From: Macrostomum hystrix
Lineage: Eukaryota; Animalia; Platyhelminthes
Length of the DNA stretch: 64,000 nt
Direction of reading: 5' to 3'
NCBI GenBank assembly: GCA_950097015.1
Contig: CATNEN010000039.1
Coordinates: forward strand, 7,254,001-7,318,000
A program made the position numbers and the translations under genes. Positions 10,824 through 24,091 of the stretch are shown in pieces. Numbering within the stretch: position 1 is the first letter of the stretch; each line of letters starts with the position of its first letter. The notes under the pieces were generated by a model, which worked only from the letters and a program-made list of their open reading frames with translations, ran no database searches and had not been told where the DNA came from.

Positions 10824-12592
10824 TATATCAGTGGGTTTGCAGAGTGCTTATATCAGTGGGTTTGCAGAGTGATTATATCAGTGGGTTTGCAGAGTGATTA
10901 TATCAGTGGGTTTGCAGAGTGCTTATATCAGTGAGTTTGCAGAGTGCTTATATCAGTGGGTTTGCAGAGTGCTTATATCAGTGAGTTTGCAGAGTGCTTA
11001 TATCAGTGGGTTTGCAGTGTGCTTATATCAGTGGGTTTGCAGAGAGTGTATATATATGTGTGTTTGCAGAGTGCTTATATCAGTGGGTTTGCAGTGTGCT
11101 TATATCAGTGGGTTTGCAGTGTGCTTATATCAGTGGGTTTGCAGTGTGCTTATATCAGTGGGTTTGCAGAGAGTGTATATATATGTGTGTTTGCAGAGTG
11201 CTTATATCAGTGGGTTTGCAGTGTGCTTATATCAGTGGGTTTGCAGAGAGTGTATATATATGTGTGTTTGCAGAGTGCTTATATCAGTGGGTTTGCAGTG
11301 TGCTTATATCAGTGGGTTTGCAGAGTGCTTATATCAGTGAGTTTGCAGAGTGCTTATATCAGTGGGTTTGCAGAGTGCTTATATCAGTGGGTTTGCAGAG
11401 TGCTTATATCAGTGGGTTTGCAGAGTGCTTATATCAGTGGGTTTGCAGAGTGCTTATATCAATGGGTTTGCAGAGTGCTTATATCAGTGAGTTTGCAGTG
11501 TGCTTATATCAGTGGGTTTGCAGAGTGCTTATATCAGTGGGTTTGCAGAGTGCTTATATCAGTGGGTTTGCAGTGTGCTTATATCAGTGGGTTTGCAGAG
11601 AGTGTATATATATGTGTGTTTGCAGAGTGCTTATATCAGTGGGTTTGCAGTGTGCTTATATCAGTGGGTTTGCAGAGAGTGTATATATATGTGTGTTTGC
11701 AGAGTGCTTATATCAGTGGGTTTGCAGTGTGCTTATATCAGTGGGTTTGCAGAGTGCTTATATCAGTGGGTTTGCAGAGTGCTTATATCAGTGGGTTTGC
11801 AGAGTGCTTATATCAGTGGGTTTGCAGAGTGCTTATATCAATGGGTTTGCAGAGTGCTTATATCAGTGAGTTTGCAGTGTGCTTATATCAGTGGGTTTGC
11901 AGAGTGCTTATATCAGTGGGTTTGCAGAGTGCTTATATCAGTGGGTTTGCAGAGTGCTTGTATCAGTGGGTTTGCAGAGTGCTTATATCAGTGGGTTTGC
12001 AGAGTGCTTATATCAGTGAGTTTGCAGTGTGCTTATATCAGTGAGTTTGCAGTGTGCTTATATCAGTGGGTTTGCAGAGTGCTTATATCAGTGGGTTTGC
12101 AGAGTGCTTATATCAGTAGGTTTGCAGAGTGCTTATATCAGTGGGTTTGCAGAGTGCTTATATCAGTAGGTTTGCAGAGTGCTTATATCAGTGGGTTTGC
12201 AGTGTGCTTATATCAGTGGGTTTGCAGAGTGCTTATATCAGTAGGTTTGCAGAGTGCTTATATCAGTGGGTTTGCAGAGTGCTTATATCAGTGGGTTTGC
12301 AGTGTGCTTATATCAGTGGGTTTGCAGAGTGCTTATATCAGTGAGTTTGCAGAGTGCTTATATCAGTGGGTTTGCAGAGTGCTTATATCAGTGAGTTTGC
12401 AGAGTGCTTTTATCAGTGGGTTTGCAGTGTGCTTATATCAGTGGGTTTGCAGAGTGCTTATATCAGTGAGTTTGCAGAGTGCTTATATCAGTGAGTTTGC
12501 AGAGTGCTTATATCAGTGGGTTTGCAGAGTGCTTATATCAGTGAGTTTGCAGAGTGCTTATATCAGTGGGTTTGCAGAGTGCTTATATCAGT
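10824..12592. repeat. 25-bp minisatellite (~70 copies)
   Basis: Unit TATATCAGTGGGTTTGCAGAGTGCT, with an interspersed variant GAGAGTGTATATATATGTGTGTTTGCA in the left half. Confidence 0.95.
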
Positions 12593-15527
12593 ATAATATT
12601 ATTACATAGAAGTATAATATTATATTTTGTATACTGATTCTGATTTCGAAGTATTCTTGTTTAACTTATGCACTTCCCAATTTCTTAAACTGAAAAAATT
12701 GTTTATTTTATACAAATCAAAATAAATTAAGTAGTATCTATGTAATCTAGCATCTTGGTGTCTGACCAGCAAGCAAGCAGTAGGCAGTAAAAATTTAGCT
12801 TTCAAGACAAGGGCTTATCATAGTATTTGCATAGTATAGTATATAGTATAATATAATATAGTATAGTATAATATATAGTATAGGCCCCTGAGCTGAGCCT
12901 TTGTTGTAGCCCTTCAATCCATGGTCATGTATTTAAGTAATATTAGCACACAATTTTGCATATTACATGCTGTGATGAGGTAAAACAAACAATCAGGTCA
13001 CTTGAATATGCTAAAATTAAAAATTCACTCAGATTTTGTATTTTCAGACAGATTAAATGCAAAAAAATCAGTTTTTGGGAAAAAGGTCATTTGTTAAATA
13101 TACTATATAAAAGCCCACAACACACCTTGCTAGCTACATTACCTACCAACAAAAATTGGGCTTTTAGAGCATTAAAAAGTTTTTTAATATAAAAAAAGAA
13201 TATTTTTAGAATAGATAATAAAAACTTGATCATTAGAAAAGTAGTTTTTTACAATAAATAAAAAAGTAGCCTATACCATTTTAATACTCATCACTAGTAT
13301 TTGATACTTTGATACTTAGCCTAAACCTAACTACCAGAAGGTAATTTATACACAAATTCAACCCATGAGTAGGCCTACAGAAGTGAAATATGGTTTAGCC
13401 TACACAACTAAAGATGCATTTTACTTAAGTCTACAGACAATAAAATTAAGATTTGAATTATGACTAAGCTAAGCTAGGCCACAAGTCTAGCAATCTAAAT
13501 TTCTTGCCTATACATATACTAAGTATATCTCTAAATAGCTAGCGTATAAATTAGATTTTGCTTTGTTATATATATGGATGTTTGTCTGAAAAATCTAATC
13601 AAACGAAATCTATTTAGTTCAAACGAACTAAAAACTTAAACGTCTACAAAAATTTTGTAACTGACTACAATTATGTAATATATCAAGCTTAAAATCATCA
13701 GATGATTCAGATGAGCGACCAAATATCAATTTACATACAAAAACTCATGGCTCAAGTCTCAAGAGAAGAGTAATGTTATGCAAAAATCCACGAAGTTGTA
13801 GACCTACGAAAATTGTGCTGACAGAAGAATGCTTGTTTGTACTTTTATTGAGGTCAACAAAACATTTTATTAAGAAAATCTGTCAAATTCTTCAGCACAG
13901 TGAAAATTGGCCACTTAATCTTGTATGGCTAAATTAGCGAAAATTAAACGATTTTATTCAACAAAAATTTACAAAATCGGAAATCGTTAAAAAAGCTTTT
14001 TCTGACTAAATGTATATTATTTTAAATAGCTAGAAAAAAAACATTGTGTAAATTTTGTTCCTACTAAGCCGTAAAACTCTATTGATTTGCTTCATATATT
14101 TACTGTGTGTTTTATTTGTTTTATTTTGAAAAACTACGACAAATAAACCTGGAGAAACATAATTATGTTTTTTTCTAGTTGGTGTCCGTCCCCTCTATTG
14201 ACAACGTAGTACGATTCATTTATTCTTTGTGACGATTATTTAGTTGCGATGTGGTAAGTCTGGCTTTATGTTTGTGGTTGTGCTATTCCTAAATCCGTGC
14301 TTGAAGAATTGATACACAAATTCGATGAGCTTAATAAACTGTATAAACCTTCGTGGACTTTCGACATCGTACTGCGTAATGGTTCTAGAAATATCCGCGT
14401 AAAAAATATCTTAATGTGTTAAAGTTTTGTTCTTTTGACAGCGATACCAAGAATGCTTTTTGTTTCAGAATATTAGCAATTACCAATATTTTATTATTGA
14501 ATATTATATTCAAACAGTTATAAATATAAGCAGTATAATTGCACAATCCGAACCTCCCTGATACTTCTTGTAAGAAGTTCATCATATAAACACAAAGGAA
14601 CGAATGCTTAACTCTTATTTTCTTTAAACGTATACAAAAGTTTTTACTCATTTTTAATGTCAAAACAAATAATTGCAATAACATTTTCTTCACAAGCATG
14701 GATGATTTTTTTATCTCCTGTCTCCAATAGGCTGCGAATTGGGCCTCAATGTTGGTTTTGTGGGTTACCGTTTAGTCGCCCTTGTCAAATTGCTGCCTGG
14801 CCAGTTAAGCATCAATTCACTGTTGATCTTTGCAGCTATTCCAACATCACTGAATGCCGGGTCGGCTGCAATCTGCAGTTATAACAGAGTTCGGATGTTT
14901 TTGTAAGGAGGCCCAGTACAAGAGGCTCCGCTTTTGTATGTTGTAGAGCAGGGGAAGGTGTCATGTTTCTGACCGCGAGCCTTTGTTGTCTGTGTTGGAG
15001 ACCACCTAAAGCATTGCTTAGAAGCATCGAAAGTGCACTACGGTCCCAGGGCCCTAGTTTAACAAAATGCTGTCAATCATGTTGCTGAGCAAACCTTACC
15101 TGCTTGCAGTTTCCTTAGTGGAGTTTAAATAATTTATTGATTATAAATATTACTCGTATAACATCGCTGGGATCAACGATGTGGGAGCCAGCTCACGGTT
15201 ATCTAGGAACGAGCAAACCTTATAAACTAACAAGCTACGCTCGCATACCAGCCAATAAAAAATTCTGGTCTGCAAACAGATCAGGTCAGCAAGACACGGT
15301 TTGCTAAGCTCAATTTATTTTCGATAAAAACATTGCCAAAAAATGATACTCGTAGTTGAAACCCATTTTTTTACTAATATTGCACGCAATTTGATGCTTG
15401 GCTAGGGCAAACATTTACTTAATTGCACTCCCTTTCAACGGAACCGTCGCACTTATCATAGTTTTTGATTATTGGTTTGGTTGATCAGACCAAATTGGAT
15501 CTACGCTCGTAATTTAGAAGCAGTTAA

Positions 15528-15760
15528 GGAGGCTGTAGCCTAGTAGTTAGGGCGTCGGACTCACGACTTGAAAGTTGAGGGTTCGATTCCCGACTCACTG
15601 GAACAATTTATGTCCCTTATTAGCAAGACACTTAACTGTGCGTAGCTCCAGTTCACCAATTTGTTAAATGGGTACTAGAACTATCTAGGGGTAATTGAGG
15701 GTGGGTTTGGCGTGGCCTCTGCAGTCCAATGATAGAAAAGTCGTACGCAGCCTTCAGATC
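15528..15760 (+). mobile_element. SINE family A copy
   Basis: GGCTGTAGCCTAGTAGTTAGGGCGTCGGAC..GGGTTCGATTCCCGAC..GCAAGACACTTAAC..GCAGCCTTCAGAT. Confidence 0.8.
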
Positions 15761-16017
15761 TCAGAGTGGAATTTGACAACAGTCTTGAAATATATCGAAA
15801 AAACCTTGAGAGGACGACGTCTGACGGTTTTAATGCATGCCAATCGATAGCCAATGGGAATGCGTCACGGCTTAGGCAAGTGTCTTACAACTGGTAATCC
15901 ATCTTATAAATTGGATTTTTAAATTTGAAAATGAATTTGATGGCGAGAGCTGTATCCGCATTTTATATTCGGCTAGATTTCCAACCTCGATTTAACCCCA
16001 TACAATTAAAAAAGTCA

Positions 16018-16785
16018 ATGCAAGCTCTGAAGCGCGTCACCACTGGACATTGGTGTGTGAGCTCTGCCATCGTGGCCGCATTCGTGTGCAGCCAGCTACT
16101 ACCAGTGCAGGCTCAGTGCCCAGTCCCGTTCAGCCTGCAGGCCGGCAGGTGCGTGTTCGTCAACACCTCGCAGAGCTTCAGCTGGTGCTCGGCCAACCAG
16201 CAGTGCGCATCGATGGGAGGCGAGCTCGTCAACACGTACGACACCCTGGCGCTGCTGAACAACCTGTCCGAGCTGAGTTTCAACAGCTCAGTTTGGGTCG
16301 GGGTGTCCGACCTGGCGGATGAGAGAAACACCAGTCGGATGGGTTGGCAGAGGATTCTCGACCGAGGACTCCTGCCTCTGGACAGCTCGCTGTGGGATCC
16401 AAGTGATCCAAATAACAAAGAGGCAAATCAGGACTGCCTTGGCAAGACGATTGATGGATTCCATTTGGCAGACCTATTCTGCACCTCTCTGCGCGGATTG
16501 GTATGCGAGTTCACGAGGGATGCGCCCTCCACGGCAGCCCCGTGGCAGCGGACTGAGTTCAAGCGTACCAGCTACAATTACCCCAGCACTGGCTACTGCT
16601 ACACCGACTTGCCGCAGGTGAGAAATGCGATGCATTGCGTGGCTGCTGCCAAGCGAATCGGCAGCAGCCAACAACTGCTGTACAACCGCAGGCTGGAACT
16701 GTGCCGCCTGCTGCAGTTCACAGACGCTCAGGTCGAGGAGGCGATTGAGAACAGCGCCGACTGGGTGAAGTACTCCATGAGCTGA
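16018..16785 (+). CDS. Secreted C-type lectin + C-terminal PAN/apple-like protein, copy 1 (255 aa, intronless)
   Basis: First plausible ATG at 16018. Signal peptide; CTLD (CP..F....GRCVF, W..A...C..MGGELV, WVGVSD, W...DPNN..NQDC, LADLFC..LVCE); then CYTD..HCVAAA..LLYN...LCRLL. Confidence 0.9.
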   Translation: MQALKRVTTGHWCVSSAIVAAFVCSQLLPVQAQCPVPFSLQAGRCVFVNTSQSFSWCSANQQCASMGGELVNTYDTLALLNNLSELSFNSSVWVGVSDLADERNTSRMGWQRILDRGLLPLDSSLWDPSDPNNKEANQDCLGKTIDGFHLADLFCTSLRGLVCEFTRDAPSTAAPWQRTEFKRTSYNYPSTGYCYTDLPQVRNAMHCVAAAKRIGSSQQLLYNRRLELCRLLQFTDAQVEEAIENSADWVKYSMS

Positions 16786-17607
16786 AGCAGCTCACATGAG
16801 CATTGTTGCTATTGGCAACCTGGACCCTGATGCTGTGAACATTGTCTCTGGGAAGCTGGGTTTTAAATTGTCAGTTAGTAAAAGCAAAGCCATTCCTATT
16901 GCACTTTTAAAGCTCTTTCTAAAGCTTTGTATTATTAATTGCATCAGACAAGGTCCTCTACTTGATGGTTCAAGACATGGAGAATGCACAGAGTTACTGG
17001 AAAGGTATGATTTAGCTAACTTTCGCTTCTTTAGCAAAACGAGCTTGCTTTTATAACCTCAATAATTGAATTTCTCTTGCTCATGCACCTTCAGAATATA
17101 TGCTATCGTTTTTGCACTATTTATTGCATGTGGATTTTGAAGCAAATAGTTAAATATCAGCACCTTCTATTGCTTAGCTCCTAACAAGTTGAGAATTTCA
17201 TTTTGTCTGTCGCTTTCTGATTTCAAGAAATCTCAAGATGAAATTTATACGTTCTGAATTTTAACTTCTCCAGTTCTTTTTTTGCATGTTCAATCAAAAA
17301 GAATTATTAGTCTGTCGATTAACGTTGTCATTAATTTTCATTATTTACTTAGATTGTTGCCAAATTGCCAAAATGAAAACTGTATGAAAACTGGTTTGTT
17401 TGGCTTGGACGACTTGGAAAACAGATCCTTTGTCGCAGGTTTCACTAATGCACTCAACGTGTCAATCCAAGCGCGAGTTGTTCAAGATTTAGGCATGCGA
17501 GTAGATTCAGGTGCCAAATCTAAATTAATGTTTGCCTAAACGATTCGATGCAGAAGACTTTAGTCTGCTCAGAGCTGCACAAAGCATATTACGCCAATCA
17601 AAGAACG

Positions 17608-17795
17608 TCAGTCCATGGACTGGGACTGGGGGACACCACACCTACCCTCAATTGCCCCAGCAAATGCTGGAACCCATTTAGCAACTGCAGGTGAACTGAA
17701 GCAATGCAGGGTTAATTGTATTGCCACAGGGCACAATTTGTTCCAGTGGAGTCGGGAATCGAACCCCCGACCTTTGAGTCGTAAGTCCGACGCGC
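17608..17795 (-). mobile_element. SINE family A copy
   Basis: Reverse complement reads GCGTCGGACTTACGACTCAAAGGTCGGGGGTTCGATTCCCGACTCCACTGGAAC..CAGTCCATGGACTG. Confidence 0.78.
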
Positions 17796-18481
17796 TCGAG
17801 CTGTCATGGCTCTCGGCAACAACCCCCCCTGAATACAACCTGGGAGCGGGCATACTATAGCTTTATGTTTCATGCGAATATGTTTCTATAAATATTTTAT
17901 TACATTTCTAAATAGCACACAAAACATTTTCATAAGCTGTGAGCGAAATTTACATAATTTCCCGGCATAACTGTTGTAAGTAGCAAAAAACGTGAATGTT
18001 CAAGGCTATTGAGCCACTTCTGAAACATTTACCATTGGGACAACTGACAGCAGACACACGTGTTTATAAAGAATTTAATATTTTCAGGATGGCTGTGAGC
18101 ACTGGATCATCATTTTGATAACACACGTGCAGCCAGCGAGAGAGGCAAATCTGAATATTCAGCTGACTCCTTAGCCCACACAGATACCGCACTTTGTAAT
18201 CGTCAGTTAGTGTACACTGTCATTGTGCCTTGGGGGTTTGCCCTCATCTGCAAAAAATACACGACGAGCCCCCAAGCCATTATCTCACTGGCTGCGACAC
18301 AGAAGAATGCGACCTCGCCGCGAAATCAGCGTCGTTGGTTAACACTCTAAGCATTCTATTGGTTACGCGCCGGGATCCAATCAAAAATCTTCACAAATCC
18401 AAAACATAATCGCATCAGTTTCTCTTGCCCTTTAATTGCTTTGAAACTTGTCTGGACACGGGGCTCATTTGAAACCCAACG

Positions 18482-19219
18482 ATGCAGATTTGGCTGTGCA
18501 TCGCCCTGCATCTAAGCGTGCAGCTGCTGGGAGCAGAGTCCCAATGCCCCGCTCCGTACTGGGTCGAGGCAGGAAAGTGCATCTTCGTGAGCACGCCGCA
18601 GAGCCACAGCTGGTGCTCGGCCAACCGGCTCTGCTCATCGATGGGCGGTGAGTTGATCAACGTGTACAGCTCGCTGCAGCAGCTCGCGAACATGCCGAGT
18701 GTGTACTGCAACTGCAAGCTGTGGCTCGGACTGACGGACTTGTCCGATGAGAGAGAGAACGACAGATCCGGCTGGTTTATGCTCAACGGCAATGGCATTC
18801 TGCGGCTGAACAATAGCATGTGGTTCAGCGGCATGCCGAACAACAATGGCAATCAGGACTGCCTGACTCAATCATCGATTGACTTCAAATTCATCGATCT
18901 GTCGTGTTCGAGCAAGCGCGGTTTCCTCTGCGAGTTTTCAGAAATGGCAGCCAACCCTCAGCAGACGACCAGCTCTCAATGGCAGCTGACACAGTTCAAG
19001 CGCTCCAGCTACAACCCCAGCACTGAGTACTGCTACACCGATGTGAAGGCCCGGACTGCCATGAAGTGTGTTGCGGCTGCAATGCGTGCTGGCTCCACCA
19101 GCAAGCACGTGCTGTTCAACCGCAAGCTGAAACTGTGTCGCCTGCTGGAGTTCACCGATGCTCAGGTCGAGGAGGAGATCGAGACCAGCGCCGACTGGGT
19201 CAAGTACAAACTTGTCTGA
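18482..19219 (+). CDS. Secreted C-type lectin + PAN/apple-like protein, copy 2 (245 aa, intronless)
   Basis: Paralog of copy 1: signal peptide, WLGLTD, MPNN..NQDC, FIDLSC..FLCE, and the same C-terminal module. Confidence 0.9.
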   Translation: MQIWLCIALHLSVQLLGAESQCPAPYWVEAGKCIFVSTPQSHSWCSANRLCSSMGGELINVYSSLQQLANMPSVYCNCKLWLGLTDLSDERENDRSGWFMLNGNGILRLNNSMWFSGMPNNNGNQDCLTQSSIDFKFIDLSCSSKRGFLCEFSEMAANPQQTTSSQWQLTQFKRSSYNPSTEYCYTDVKARTAMKCVAAAMRAGSTSKHVLFNRKLKLCRLLEFTDAQVEEEIETSADWVKYKLV

Positions 19220-19881
19220 ACCAATATCGTCTGGAGTGCATGAGATGCCAGGCCTGATGCAGATGTTTTTTAATGCTTTATTAACATCAGTTTGATTGAT
19301 AAAACTGTGTTAAAAATGATAAAATGAATAATTAATTACACCTGTCCTGATTGGGTTAGATGTGCAGCCGACAGCACAGCCGCTGTATTGCACGGTCGCA
19401 TCTGAAGGCTGCGTACAGCTGTTCAGTCCTCATTCTTGTCTGAGTATGGTGTCTCACGGCTATGCCCAAAATTTCAACTGTGCAATTTCAATTGCAGATG
19501 AGATCTATAGAAAACAGAGCAGACGCTGAGTCTATTCTATGAACAGATTTCAATTACTCGCTGCAGCTATCGGCAAAAAATTCCAAGCGGGCGCTTTGTC
19601 TGAACCAAAAAATAATAGGTCCAGAAGCAGGCCGACGATAAGTAGGAGAAATTTTAGCTGTCGAATGAAGCGTGACAGAAAAGCAAGCATTTTTTCTGGA
19701 AAATTTTACCCGGTATCGGCTTTTTGAAGTATTAAAAAATGCCTAGTAAACTTCAGCTCAACAGATCAACAATCTTCAGGACATTATCAGCCCACGTTTT
19801 GTTGAATCGACGCGCTATTATTAATTTCCTATTTAAAAATCAATGGGCACTATTAATTATTAAAAGCTTACGATCAATTTA

Positions 19882-20166
19882 GGGGGTGAGTTGCAGTGCG
19901 GTTAATGCGTTTGCCTCTCGCACCAAGGTCCCTGAGTTTGATTCCGCAGCGAAGACACATCCATTTGGAGGCTTGTCGTACAATTTGCGCCCTTGAGGGC
20001 CAACCTCCAAGGCACAGTGGAATGTACACTGCCTGACGATGAAAAAGTACGGCCAGATGTACACACCTGTGTGAGCGTATGCCTGCGTATTAGTATACTG
20101 TGTGCGTGAGTGCTCAGGGGGTCTAGCGTCACCTAATGATGTGCCACTACCCGCAGCCCTCCTGCA
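19882..20166 (+). mobile_element. SINE family B copy
   Basis: Same head and body as 772-1123, opposite orientation. Confidence 0.78.
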
Positions 20167-21301
20167 TGAAGGCTCATTTACATTAGCTCCTATTTTGGGA
20201 GTGTAAATCCGGACATAATGACCTATACTAGAGATTTAGTTTAAGTGTAGTGTGAGATAGTATCCATGCTCAATATCTAAGCTAAAACACATTTATGCCA
20301 CTAGTTAAGCTCACAAATCACTCTATCACGAATCACTCTTACATGAAGAATGACATCAAAGGAGCTAACCGCAAAGTTCGCTCATAGCTCATCTAGGAAA
20401 GCACTAATGTTGCCGATGTACTTATAATGATTACAACCCCAATAAATAATGCATTTTTTAAGTATTCAAATTGAGAGATGTGCAATTAGTTAGTTTCTTA
20501 TCAGACAGCAAAGTCTAGCTGCTGTCAAGAAAAAGAAAATATTACTAGACGCTATTTTTTGTTATACCAAAGCTTCCATAATTATTCGATTTTTCAAACA
20601 TTCGTGAGTTGTGGCTCGTCGTGAGCGAATAACTTAAAATGGCCAACAGAATATGGACTAATGGATATTGACTCAAGCGTTAAAGGTAATGCATCTAAAG
20701 GGTAGGGTAGGAGACAATCCATGGGTACTGGTCCATTAAAGTGGGGTACAACGAGTACTTTTAAGTCTGATACCCTATTTAGGTAATAATTTAGGTTTTA
20801 ATTTTCTATGAATAAAAACTCTGACACAAATAGCCCCTGTGCAGTCGAACCCCGGTCAAAGGACATGATGGAACATTGGGCTATTTGGAAATTTGTACAA
20901 ATTTAGCAGCATAAAAAAGGAAAACTTGCAAATTTAGCGCGCAATTAGAGACAATTTCATTTCAGTTTTTTAGCATTTCCGAACGTTAAAACGCTGAAAC
21001 ATTGACACGCGTGTTAGTCAATTTAGAGGAAACACAAAGTGTCAATCATTTTGTCTCTGGTATCCATTTGACGTATACTTGTAATTATCAGCGAATGACA
21101 TACTGGCAAGCAATATGACCAGGACACTTTACTCACGAACAAAGAGCGAAAACTAACTCTCTTCGATTTCAAAATCTTATAATCTCCTAGCCTCTTCAGC
21201 GCCACGAAAGTTAAGCCGATTATAATCTACGAAAATGGGCCTATGAGCAACACTAGACTGAAGGGAAAAAAGCAACATTGAAATGTTAAGCGTTAATGAT
21301 A

Positions 21302-21872
21302 AGCGCTAGTGAATTTTATTCGACACTATACAAAAAATTGCACTGCGCCTCAGTGCGGCCTTGCCAGGCCTTCAAACTTTATCAGCATGTCACCCGAATG
21401 TGCCTGCAGCATCTCTGACTTCGGTGGTCACCGACCTTTATCGAGACGGAACTGCTAGAACTTCAACAAGTAATAGTTGAAGTTGACGCCAACATCGAGG
21501 CTTCACCAGCGAAAGTGGAGAAATTCGCTTTAGGGACTTCATGGCCAGCAGCACTCTGCTCATAGTCACCAGAGGTGGTGACTGATTGGTTGAAAGACTA
21601 GGCGAGGGTCCTGTGGTTTAGCTTTGTCCCATATTGAGGCTTGATAAGCGAAATAGGAGAAATATGCATCAGGGTGTCCATCAGGGTGTCCGGCTGGTGC
21701 CACTTGCTGAAGGTCCAGCAGCTCCGTCTAGTTAAAGGTGCGCGACCACCGAAGTCGGACATGATGCAGGCACATTCGACTAAAGTGCTGATAAAGTTTG
21801 AAGGCCTGGAAAGGCGGCACTAAGGCGCAGTCCGAATTCGTGTATTGAGTTATAAAATTCACTAGCTCTTAC
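21302..21872. mobile_element. Foldback/MITE-like element with ~170-bp imperfect inverted arms
   Basis: 21302-21471 (CTAGTGAATTTTAT..GCACTGCGCCTCAGTGCGGCCTTGCCAGGCCTTCAAACTTTATCAGCA..) is the reverse complement of ~21702-21870. One arm recurs at 41890-41990. Confidence 0.7.
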
Positions 21873-22397
21873 GGGAAAATCTGACTGTAGGACAATGTTC
21901 ATGTACCATATGCACTGACCTACACACACTCCTTCTCTTATTCTCTCCAATGTGCCGTTCTAACCTGACCCCCAAAATAATGTACAATTTGGCCCTCCAA
22001 TACAATAAATATCGATGCTAAAGCCTCGATCTGACTGGGCAAGTTATTATTTTTCATTGAGCTTGCAAATACCGCGGCCTTGACTTTACTACACTGACCT
22101 TCGGCCAGAACCGATAAAATCTATACGGTCTGAAAGGCTGGCGACTCGATTCTTGTTTCAGAAGATGCGCAATAAAAAGTTTGCCCGTGTTCTTGAGTTT
22201 TGTGTGTGCAGCAAAAATAATTGTCATTGAGGATTCTTGGAATAAAATGGCGAAAAATGGCTTCATTTCAAGGACGTCTAGACTAACGTATTGCTACTAG
22301 TTTTCCTGGAATCATTTGCTTAGCATTCTGCGAACGTACCAATATTTTCAGCTATTTCAATATTCTTAGTACTCTAATATAATAATAATTATAATAA

Positions 22398-22755
22398 CTG
22401 CAGGAGGGCTGCGGGCAGTCATTATTTAGTGACACTAGACCCGCAGCCAGCGAGGAGGCAATTCTGCCCATTTCGCTGATTCCTGAGCACACACGCACAC
22501 AGATACTGTACGCAGGCATACGCTCACACAGTTGTGTACCTCTGCCCTGACTTTCTCATCGTCAGGCAGTGTACACTCTCACTGTGCCTTGGAGGTTGGC
22601 CCTCAAGGGCGTAAATTGCACGTAAATTCGGGGACAAGTCCTCAAGCCTTCTCTCCGCGGCTGCGCCCCAAATAAATGTGGCCTTGCCGTGGAATCGAAC
22701 TTAGGGACCGTGGTGCGAGAGGCAAACGCGATAACCGCTCTGCCACCGACCCCCG
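22398..22755 (-). mobile_element. SINE family B, near full-length copy
   Basis: Matches 772-1123 along its length; (AAT)n at the tail side. Confidence 0.82.
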
Positions 22756-23323
22756 TACTCTAATATTAGTAGTATAATTTGATTTGAACGGCTTCGTAGC
22801 ATAGAAAATAGTAGAAAAACGTTACAGCGACTAATAATAGAAATTTTGTGTGTTTTCTATGTCTAGAAATATTGAAAGAAAATTTATTAGGTACAATAAA
22901 GTCCTCCTTCGTGAGATGCTTTCAATTAGAATTTTGAGTTTGTGTTCACCTACTTGAGACAGTTCAGTCCACTAGCACAGAGTCTCTATTCGAAATCACG
23001 ATTAAAACCAATCGCTGGTCGATAAAATAAATAAGGTATTTTGTAAAAAATGCAGTTTCTTCAGGCCGACTCGAACTCCCGACCACTCAGTCAGATCCCG
23101 AAGCTCTAACCAATAGGCTTTAATCTCCCCGTATTTTCGAAGCGAGTGCAGAGTGCAGTTGATGGAAGCACTGCTGATTGGTCAAACAAAAGCGAAATTC
23201 AAAAGTTTCACGCCAATAACTAGGCAGCACGCAAAAAATATAAATAATAATAGGACATGGTTAAAGGCCAGAAATCTAAAATATTCCGGTTAGTATTCTG
23301 CTTCAAATTCTTAGTCAAATCAA

Positions 23324-24091
23324 ATGCAAGCTCTGAAGCGCGTCACCACTGGACATTGGTGTGTGAGCTCTGCCATCGTGGCCGCATTCGTGTGCAGCCA
23401 GCTACTACCAGTGCAGGCTCAGTGCCCAGTCCCGTTCAGCCTGCAGGCCGGCAGGTGCGTGTTCGTCAACACCTCGCAGAGCTTCAGCTGGTGCTCGGCC
23501 AACCAGCAGTGCGCATCGATGGGAGGCGAGCTCGTCAACACGTACGACACCCTGGCGCTGCTGAACAACCTGTCCGAGCTGAGTTTCAACAGCTCAGTTT
23601 GGATCGGGGTGTCCGACCTGGCGGATGAGAGAAACACCAGTCGGATGGGTTGGCAGAGGATTCTCGACCGAGGACTCCTGCCTCTGGACAGCTCGCTGTG
23701 GGATCCAAGTGATCCAAATAACAAAGAGTCAAATCAGGACTGCCTTGGCAAGACGATTGATGGATTCCATTTGGCAGACCTATTCTGCACCTCTCTGCGC
23801 GGATTGGTATGCGAGTTCACGAGGGATGCGCCCTCCACGGCAGCCCCGTGGCAGCGGACTGAGTTCAAGCGTACCAGCTACAATTACCCCAGCACTGGCT
23901 ACTGCTACACCGACTTGCCGCAGGTGAGAAATGCGATGCATTGCGTGGCTGCTGCCAAGCGAATCGGCAGCAGCCAACAACTGCTGTACAACCGCAAGCT
24001 GGAACTGTGCCGCCTGCTGCAGTTCACAGACGCTCAGGTCGAGGAGGCGATCGAGAACAGCGCCGACTGGGTGAAGTACTCCATGAGCTGA
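23324..24091 (+). CDS. Secreted C-type lectin + PAN/apple-like protein, copy 3 (255 aa), near-identical to copy 1
   Basis: I see only four nucleotide differences from 16018-16785. Confidence 0.9.
   Translation: MQALKRVTTGHWCVSSAIVAAFVCSQLLPVQAQCPVPFSLQAGRCVFVNTSQSFSWCSANQQCASMGGELVNTYDTLALLNNLSELSFNSSVWIGVSDLADERNTSRMGWQRILDRGLLPLDSSLWDPSDPNNKESNQDCLGKTIDGFHLADLFCTSLRGLVCEFTRDAPSTAAPWQRTEFKRTSYNYPSTGYCYTDLPQVRNAMHCVAAAKRIGSSQQLLYNRKLELCRLLQFTDAQVEEAIENSADWVKYSMS

Noticed and set aside
10894-12609. Long Cys-rich ORFs (up to 369 aa)
   Set aside because: Translations of the 25-bp minisatellite in rotating frames, with no gene structure.
12620-15030. Short ORFs in the AT-rich region
   Set aside because: No recognisable motifs; possibly old transposon debris, but not supportable.
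15925-16017. N-terminal extension of lectin copy 1 (and 63216-63266 of copy 4)
   Set aside because: The ORF track starts at non-ATG codons, and the extension is absent from the paralogs.
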